DNA of 59,625 bases, filler included. It is 7 parts of 7 records of this genome, joined end to end, with 100 filler letters (N's around TTAATTAATTAA, not from the genome) between each part and the next. Parts side by side here need not be neighbours in the genome. Positions count along the whole stretch, not along the records: positions 46,973 to 54,220 come from DRR723986_31226; positions 54,321 to 59,625 come from DRR723986_31259; 5 more parts are not named here. One strand, written 5' to 3'. How positions within the stretch are numbered: the first letter of the stretch is position 1; every line of letters begins with the position of its first letter. Under the pieces are notes generated by a model. That model did not search any database. It saw only the letters and a list, made by a program, of their open reading frames with translations, and had not been told where the DNA came from. The position numbers and the translations under genes are program-made. Shown here in pieces: positions 53,724-59,625 of this stretch.

Positions 53724-53746
53724 CTTTATTGGCCCAGTTTACATCT

Positions 53747-53791
53747 GAGCGGGGTGTCTATATGTCCTTAGGACATATAGACACCCCGCTC
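53747..53791. promoter_or_regulatory. Perfect palindrome 1 (22-bp arms, 1-nt centre), candidate operator
   Basis: gagcggggtgtctatatgtcct-t-aggacatatagacaccccgctc. Confidence 0.75.
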
Positions 53792-53839
53792 GAACCTAAT
53801 CATGCTTTTGTTTGTTTTGAGAACATCTCTTGACATAAC

Positions 53840-53884
53840 GCCATCCTTACCCCTATGTCCTTAGGACATAGGGGTAAGGATGGC
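53840..53884. promoter_or_regulatory. Perfect palindrome 2 (22-bp arms, 1-nt centre) overlapping the promoter and RBS
   Basis: gccatccttacccctatgtcct-t-aggacataggggtaaggatggc; TTGACA at 53830-53835; ATG at 53887. Confidence 0.8.
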
Positions 53885-53886
53885 AG

Positions 53887-54220
53887 ATGAATTTTACTGA
53901 GGGTGTAGAAAAGGCTATAAATGACAAGGACTTGCCAGTCATAACCTTCTACGAATTCTTCGTTCTGGGCTACCATCTGTTTCACAAAAAAGCGCTGAAC
54001 GGCGAGCCGTTGAAGCGCCTCCCGCACGCCTGGGATCAGACACGCGCCAAAAATGCGCTACGACGCCTTGAGGCACGGAAGGCGCTTGTCATGGACTCCG
54101 ACTTTCGCTCAGGCGTATGGCGTGTGACGCAATCAACGAGAGCTGGATCGGCGGAAGAGGTCGCCTGCATCGCTGATCCTTTCGCCTACGTCTCGCATCT
54201 ATCTGCCATGCAGCGCTATG
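53887..54220 (+). CDS. Probable AbiEi-family (type IV toxin-antitoxin) antitoxin/regulator; 3'-truncated
   Basis: N-terminal helical/wHTH-like region, then EEVACIADPFAYVSHLSAMQRY, resembling the P-x-x-Y-x-S-x-x-S-A start of the AbiEi C-terminal domain. Confidence 0.65.
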
Positions 54221-54320
54221 NNNNNNNNNNNNNNNNNNNNNNNNNNNNNNNNNNNNNNNNNNNNTTAATTAATTAANNNNNNNNNNNNNNNNNNNNNNNN
54301 NNNNNNNNNNNNNNNNNNNN
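54221..54320. other. Artificial contig linker
   Basis: N-run / TTAATTAATTAA / N-run, 100 nt. Confidence 0.99.
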
Positions 54321-54321
54321 C

Positions 54322-54396
54322 CTGCGCAAAGGCGCGGCATTGAACGCTGTTCAGATCGCTGAGTTGCTGGGCCGGGAAGTTCTGAAAAAGGGCTGA
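54322..54396 (+). CDS. asd: 3' end of aspartate-semialdehyde dehydrogenase (missing from the ORF track)
   Basis: Translates LRKGAALNAVQIAELLGREVLKKG*, the conserved Asd C-terminus. Confidence 0.9.
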   Translation: MRKGAALNAVQIAELLGREVLKKG

Positions 54397-54420
54397 TATC
54401 CGCTCAAATTACGGATTGGG

Positions 54421-54451
54421 GAAAGGGGGCCGTTTGGTCCCCTTTTCTTTT
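54421..54451 (+). terminator. Intrinsic terminator after asd
   Basis: gaaagggggcc-gttt-ggtccccttttctttt. Confidence 0.7.
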
Positions 54452-54497
54452 GGGCGTGAGGGTGCAGAGTAACGGCAAAAGATAAGGGAATTGAATT

Positions 54498-56123
54498 ATG
54501 CGTGTCCTCTTTGCCTGCCTGTCCTTGCTGCCATCTGCCGCGCTGGCGGATGTTTTCACCCTGCAATCGGCACCGCAGGCGGTCACGGTTTATCCTTATC
54601 TGGCGACGGTCCACCGAGAGGTGACTGTCACCCTGCCCCAAGGCAGCCATCAGATCATCCTGCCGGACTTGCCGCACACAATGGATCGCGAATATCTGCG
54701 GGTTTCGGTCATGGGTGCGACCTTGGGTACGACCCAATTCCGCAAAGAAGCTGTGCTGCCGCAACCCAAGGTAGATAGCGCCGATATCATCGCCGCCAAA
54801 GACGGGATCGAAGCTGCCAAAACCGCCTTGCGCGAACTGGATGACCAAATCGCCGCCGCCGGTCTGGCCGCCAGTGCAGCACAGGCACAGATCGCGTTTC
54901 TGAGTGACCTGGGCAAAAACCAAGGGCTGCCCGCCGATGCCAGTAGTTTGCAGGCACTGGCCCAGATGATCGGAACCCAAAACCTTGTCGCGCAACAAGA
55001 TGCCTTGGTGGCACATCAGGCCGTGCGGGATCTTGAGTTGGGCCGCGCCGATCTGGAAACAGCTTTGCAAGAGGCCAAGGCCGCGCTGGCTGCGCTCACT
55101 CCTCCGCCGGAGAAACACGCGCAGCTGACCCTCGATGTCTTGGCGCCGGCGGCGGCTGAGGTGACGATCGCTTTGGAATATCTGGTCGATGCGGTTTGGG
55201 CACCGACCTATGATATTCATCTGGACGGCAAAGACGCGCCGCAGCTTTCGATCAAACGGGGGGCGGTTGTCTCTCAACGCAGCGGCGAAAACTGGCAGGG
55301 GGTCGCGCTGACCCTGTCCACGCTTGTGCCATCGGGCCAGACCCAACCGTCACAGGTGTACCCGCGACGACTGACCTTGACAGACAAAGAGCCTCCGCGT
55401 GCAAAGCTGTCTCGCCAGATGGCCGACAGCGCCGAAAGCTATGCTGATCCAGTGATCGAAGCACCGGTGATCGTTGAGGAGGCCATGGGCATGACCGATT
55501 TCGACGGCCCAGGCGTGCGCTATGATTTTGCCACCCCCGTCAACATCGCCAGCGGTGTGGATGACACCCGTGTGGCGCTGGACACATTGGCCTTTCCCGC
55601 CCGCCGCTTTGCCCGTGCGGTGCCGCGCTCCGATCAGACCGCGTTCTTGATGGCGGAATTTACCAACACCACCCAAGAGCCACTGTTGCCTGCGGATGAG
55701 GTGGCGCTGTTTGTGGACAATACCCTGATCGGGCAAATGAACCTTGGGCTGATCCCGGCGGGAGAAGAGGCAGAGCTGCCGTTTGGACCGATTGAGGATT
55801 TGCGCCTGACCTATACCGTTCTGGACCAGAGCGAAGGGGACCGCGGGATCATCAGCCGGTCCAATGCCAAGACGGATCGCACCCGGATGGACATCCAGAA
55901 CATCGGGTCAGAGGATTGGCAGGTCGAGGTGCGGGCGGCGGTACCCTATACCGCGCAGGAAGATTTGCAGATTGACTGGTCCGCCAATCCTATGCCTGAT
56001 GAGGCCAATCTTGATGACCGGCGCGGCATTTTGCAGTGGGATCTGAACGTGGCCGCTGGCGTAACAACATCCATCACGATTGAAGAAAGCCTGCGCTGGC
56101 CCGAAGACAAGATCCTGCGCTGA
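54498..56123 (+). CDS. Secreted DUF4140/DUF4139 domain protein
   Basis: Signal peptide, AVTVYP, coiled coil, WAPTYD, QRSGENWQGVALTLST, ELPFG, GILQWDL. Confidence 0.88.
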   Translation: MRVLFACLSLLPSAALADVFTLQSAPQAVTVYPYLATVHREVTVTLPQGSHQIILPDLPHTMDREYLRVSVMGATLGTTQFRKEAVLPQPKVDSADIIAAKDGIEAAKTALRELDDQIAAAGLAASAAQAQIAFLSDLGKNQGLPADASSLQALAQMIGTQNLVAQQDALVAHQAVRDLELGRADLETALQEAKAALAALTPPPEKHAQLTLDVLAPAAAEVTIALEYLVDAVWAPTYDIHLDGKDAPQLSIKRGAVVSQRSGENWQGVALTLSTLVPSGQTQPSQVYPRRLTLTDKEPPRAKLSRQMADSAESYADPVIEAPVIVEEAMGMTDFDGPGVRYDFATPVNIASGVDDTRVALDTLAFPARRFARAVPRSDQTAFLMAEFTNTTQEPLLPADEVALFVDNTLIGQMNLGLIPAGEEAELPFGPIEDLRLTYTVLDQSEGDRGIISRSNAKTDRTRMDIQNIGSEDWQVEVRAAVPYTAQEDLQIDWSANPMPDEANLDDRRGILQWDLNVAAGVTTSITIEESLRWPEDKILR

Positions 56124-56435
56124 TCAGAATCGTTCGGCCCGCAGCACATCACAATCGGTCACGCTGACCACGCCGATATGGCGTTCGACCACGGCAAAGG
56201 CACCCTCAAGCAAGCCATCAAGTCGTTCGGGCCGGATGATGCAAATCACCTGCACCATGCCCGAGGCACGGCTGACCTGGCCTGCGCGGCTCCATTCACC
56301 GGACCGGCCGGAACCGCCCAACACCGGCAGCACGGTATAGCCGGTCACCCCGGCCTTTTTCAGTGCATCGGTGAGGCGCGATTGCATCACCGCTTCGATG
56401 GTGATCTCAACACGTTTGGCTTTATGAGTTTGCAT
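56124..56435 (-). CDS. sbtB: P-II-like protein, SbtB type
   Basis: KRVEITIE, GVTGYTVLPVLGGSG, VLRAERF; directly downstream of sbtA. Confidence 0.82.
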   Translation of the reverse strand: MQTHKAKRVEITIEAVMQSRLTDALKKAGVTGYTVLPVLGGSGRSGEWSRAGQVSRASGMVQVICIIRPERLDGLLEGAFAVVERHIGVVSVTDCDVLRAERF

Positions 56436-56438
56436 AGG

Positions 56439-57422
56439 TCAGCCTCCGGTCATGGCTTGGGCCACCGCCACATAAAGCGGGATACCCAGCGTCAGGTTGA
56501 AGGGGAATGTCACCCCAAGCGACAGAGTCAGGTACAGTGACGGGTTTGCCTCGGGCAGCGCTACCCTCATGGCCGCTGGCACCGCGATGTAAGATGCAGA
56601 AGCCGACAGGACCATCATCAACGTCACACCGCCCGGCGTCAGGCCAAGCGCCAGGGCGGTAACTAGACCGGCCGCCGCGCCGATCAGGGGCATTAACACC
56701 CCAAAGGCCAAGACCGATGGTGTGAGGATACCGCCACCTTGGCGCAGGCCCCGCCCGGCGACGAGGCCCATATCCAGCAGGAACAGGCACAAAACACCTT
56801 TGAACGGCGACACAATAAAGCTGGAGATTTCCGCCAGACCCTCCTCGCCCGTGGCCCAGCCGATCAGGAACGCGCCGACGAGCAAAACGATGGATCCGTT
56901 CAACATGATTTCGCGCATAAGCGCGCCATCCATGCCTTTGCTATCGCCGCCTCCGCCACGGGCCACCAGCCATAGCGCGGACAGGATCGCGGGCGCTTCC
57001 ATCGCGGCGGCCACCGCGACCATGTAACCCTCCGCCGCGATACCGCGGCTTTCCAGAACCGAGGTCGCCGCCACAAATGTCACAATCGAGATCGACCCGT
57101 AGTGCGCCGCAACAGCCGCCGCATCAAGCCGGCTCATCGCGGTCATCACCCGCAGCAGGCCAAAGGCGACCAACGGCAGGGCCGCCGACAAGATGATCCC
57201 TGCCAGCAAGGCCAACCCGAGCCGCGCGTCAATGCCATGCGCGGCAACACTGACCCCACCTTTGAAACCGATAGCAAAAAGCAGATAAATCGACAGCGCC
57301 TTGGCCGCAGCCTCTGGTATGCTCAGGTCAGACCGCGCAAGGGAAGCTGCGACACCCAAAACAAACGACAAGATAATGGGCGAAACCAGATTGTCCGCCG
57401 CAAGCGAAAACAGATTTTCCAT
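56439..57422 (-). CDS. sbtA: Sodium-dependent bicarbonate transporter family permease
   Basis: SIYLLFAIGFKGG, AHYGSISIVTF, MEAPA, FLLDMG, SASYIAVPA, LGVTFPFNL. Confidence 0.92.
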   Translation of the reverse strand: MENLFSLAADNLVSPIILSFVLGVAASLARSDLSIPEAAAKALSIYLLFAIGFKGGVSVAAHGIDARLGLALLAGIILSAALPLVAFGLLRVMTAMSRLDAAAVAAHYGSISIVTFVAATSVLESRGIAAEGYMVAVAAAMEAPAILSALWLVARGGGGDSKGMDGALMREIMLNGSIVLLVGAFLIGWATGEEGLAEISSFIVSPFKGVLCLFLLDMGLVAGRGLRQGGGILTPSVLAFGVLMPLIGAAAGLVTALALGLTPGGVTLMMVLSASASYIAVPAAMRVALPEANPSLYLTLSLGVTFPFNLTLGIPLYVAVAQAMTGG

Positions 57423-57437
57423 GCCCCAAGTGCCCTG

Positions 57438-58091
57438 TTAAACCGGCTGGAATTTTCCCGTTTCCGGGCAGAAATACTCCAACCCACCTTCGCCAATGTC
57501 CGTCCACAAGCCATGTAGGCTCAATTCACCGTTTGTCACCTTTTCATTGACCCAAGGAAAGGTCATCAGGTTCTCCAGCGACGTCATCACCGCGTGCTTT
57601 TCGAACTGGCGTTCCTGTTCATGCTCGTCTTCAATATCAGAAACTTCACCATATTTGGGGCGCAGAATGTCCACCCAGCGGCCCACAAAGCTGTCTTTGG
57701 CTTCCAGTTCCGGGGCGTTGCCCTTGCACATCTCAAGGCAACCTTTTGCCCCGCCACAGCTGGAATGGCCCAGCACGATCAAATGCGCGACCTTCAGAAC
57801 CCGGACCGCGTATTCCACGGCGGCGGATGTGCCGTGGTGCTGCCCGTCCGGCTCACAAGGCGGGACAAGGTTCGCGATATTACGGTGAATAAAAAATTCG
57901 CCCTGATCGGCCCCAAAAATCGAAGTGACATGCACGCGGCTGTCACAGCAAGAGATCACCATGGCGCGGGGGCGCTGCCCCTCGGTGGCCAGTCGCCGAT
58001 ACCACGATTTGTTGTCCGCATAACCGGTGGCTTTCCACCCGTGATAACGCGTCAACAGATATGCCGGAAGCGGCTTTGCATGATCCATCAT
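57438..58091 (-). CDS. Beta-class carbonic anhydrase
   Basis: CCDSRV, RNIANLV, AVEYAV, GHSSCGG zinc ligands. Confidence 0.95.
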   Translation of the reverse strand: MMDHAKPLPAYLLTRYHGWKATGYADNKSWYRRLATEGQRPRAMVISCCDSRVHVTSIFGADQGEFFIHRNIANLVPPCEPDGQHHGTSAAVEYAVRVLKVAHLIVLGHSSCGGAKGCLEMCKGNAPELEAKDSFVGRWVDILRPKYGEVSDIEDEHEQERQFEKHAVMTSLENLMTFPWVNEKVTNGELSLHGLWTDIGEGGLEYFCPETGKFQPV

Positions 58092-58235
58092 TGAGAGGTC
58101 TCCTGAAACATTTCCGCAGGGTTAGCTTAATTCCCGAACAAATTCGAGTGAAAATACACTGGCAGAGCAACCATTTGCATACTTGTTTGAACAATAATCC
58201 GCTTTGGCCGTGGGGGCTGAACAAGGGGTGAGTTG

Positions 58236-58613
58236 ATGCAGGTTCTGCAAATCCGACCAATGGAACAAATCAGTGTGGATCAGGATCGGCTGGGCGCGCT
58301 TTATACGCAACTGGGCGAAGCGGGGGCAGAGGATGTCGTTTGCCGTGCCCTCGAAGATCTGGCGCGGCGGTTGACGCAGTGCGAACAGCATTTCCGCGAT
58401 GCCGCTTGGGCCGACCTGCAAAAAAGTGCGCGGTCGTTGATCGCTATCTCGGATCAGATCGGCATGGCGGATCTGGCGAAGGTCGCCCGTGATGTTGGAC
58501 AATGCGTGGCCAACAATGATGCAACCGCCCTTGCGGCAACGCTTTCGCGGCTGTTTCGCATTGGCGAGCGTTCGTTGACCGCGATCTGGGACATTGACGA
58601 CATGCCCGAATGA
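58236..58613 (+). CDS. Hpt-fold-like helical protein apparently lacking the phosphoacceptor His
   Basis: All-helical; LQKSARSLIAISDQIGM...LAKVA aligns by eye with the Hpt L..AH.LKG.S..IGA..L pattern. Confidence 0.6.
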   Translation: MQVLQIRPMEQISVDQDRLGALYTQLGEAGAEDVVCRALEDLARRLTQCEQHFRDAAWADLQKSARSLIAISDQIGMADLAKVARDVGQCVANNDATALAATLSRLFRIGERSLTAIWDIDDMPE

Positions 58614-58692
58614 TCCCGGCCCCGAGATGGCTTGCGGGTGACGCTGGAACAGGTAGGCTGGGCGCGAATGTTGACCCGTTAGAAAGTGCCCA

Positions 58693-59625
58693 ATGCCACC
58701 TCGTTTTGCCTCCGATGCCTCGTCCGCCCTGCCGCTGCATGTGATTGCCGAAGACGGGCTTGATGCGTGGTCTGCCGGTCAGCCCGCACCGGTGCAGAAC
58801 TGGATCGCCGCGCAGGGTTTCACCGGCGGCCTTGGCCAAGCCTTGACGATACCGGCGGCCGATGGATCTGTGATGATGGCCGTGGCCGGTTTCGGCACAG
58901 CAGCAGCCCGAGCGCGTGGCCGGTTTCATCTGGCGGCGGCAGCGGCCAAATTGCCCAAAGGGATTTACCAGATTGTTTCTGGCCTGCCGGATGATCAAAA
59001 ATCGGTCGAGGCACTGGGTTGGCTATTGTCGCGCCACAGTTTTGATCGGTACAAATCGCAATCCCCCATTGCCGCGGAATTGCTTGCGCCCGAGGCTGTG
59101 AACGTGGCCGAGGTCGAGGCGCTGGCGGCGGGGGAATGCCTGACCCGCGATTTGATCAACACGCCAGCATCCGACATGGGCCCGCCCGATCTGGAACAAG
59201 CGGCGCGGGATTTGGCAGGGGCGCATGGCGCGCAAATCAACGTGATCACCGGCGATGATTTGCTGGAACAGAACCTGCCGATGATCCACACCGTTGGCCG
59301 CGCGGCGGATCGCGCCCCACGTTTGATTGATATGCGGTGGGGCGACAGTGGACCGACCCTGACATTGGTGGGCAAAGGTGTGTGTTTCGACACCGGCGGT
59401 TTGAACCTCAAGCCCGGTGCCTCGATGGGCCTGATGAAAAAGGACATGGGCGGTGCGGCGGCGGTGCTGGGTCTGGCGCATATGATCATGGCAACGGGCA
59501 AGCAGGTGCAGCTGCGGGTGCTGGTCCCGGCGGTGGAAAACGCCGTTTCCGGCAATGCCTTCCGCCCGCAGGATATTCTGACCTCGCGCAAGGGCCTGAC
59601 GGTCGAGATCAACAACACCGACGCC
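58693..59625 (+). CDS. Leucyl aminopeptidase (M17), 3'-truncated (missing from the ORF track)
   Basis: ATG 58693 MPPRFA...; RDLINTPASDMGP, VGKGVCFDTGG, MKKDMGG, VEINNTDA at the window end. Confidence 0.95.
   Translation, partial: MPPRFASDASSALPLHVIAEDGLDAWSAGQPAPVQNWIAAQGFTGGLGQALTIPAADGSVMMAVAGFGTAAARARGRFHLAAAAAKLPKGIYQIVSGLPDDQKSVEALGWLLSRHSFDRYKSQSPIAAELLAPEAVNVAEVEALAAGECLTRDLINTPASDMGPPDLEQAARDLAGAHGAQINVITGDDLLEQNLPMIHTVGRAADRAPRLIDMRWGDSGPTLTLVGKGVCFDTGGLNLKPGASMGLMKKDMGGAAAVLGLAHMIMATGKQVQLRVLVPAVENAVSGNAFRPQDILTSRKGLTVEINNTDA

Noticed and set aside
54351-55346. 331-aa minus-strand ORF
   Set aside because: Antisense to DUF4139 and asd in GC-rich DNA, crosses a terminator, no motifs.
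58995-59618. 207-aa and 152-aa minus-strand ORFs
   Set aside because: Shadows of the plus-strand M17 aminopeptidase, which the ORF track missed because it has no stop in the window.

Overview
This window is not one locus. It is seven unrelated contigs joined by six artificial 100-nt linkers (44 N + TTAATTAATTAA + 44 N); taxon calls below are inferred from gene style. (1) 1-13693, AT-rich Bacteroidota: tail of a xylan utilisation locus (two GH10, sulfatase, esterase), a convergent sugar-redox operon, and a truncated tRNA-Arg(UCG). (2) 13794-24088, Bacteroidota: surface polysaccharide genes ending in a long heptamer tandem array. (3) 24189-30215, probably FCB group: VWA protein, tRNA-Pro(CGG), orphan solute-binding lipoprotein, icd, partial gap. 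(4) 30316-36257: two large secreted Ig-repeat proteins, one an M12-type metallopeptidase, the other ending in a dockerin-like domain. (5) 36358-46872, planctomycete: housekeeping and signalling genes. (6) 46973-54220, Rhodobacteraceae-like: gamma-glutamylation/omega-transaminase amine catabolic operon beside a small tyrosine recombinase, a WGR protein and an AbiEi-like gene. (7) 54321-59625, Rhodobacteraceae-like: asd end, DUF4139, carbonic anhydrase-sbtA-sbtB, Hpt-like protein, M17 aminopeptidase. The most striking signals are in contig 6: two perfect 45-bp palindromes with identical 17-bp cores before the AbiEi-like gene, and a degenerate 45-bp-period hairpin repeat plus an inverted repeat upstream of the recombinase. 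No CRISPR array or rRNA was seen. All family calls come from motif recognition, not database searches.
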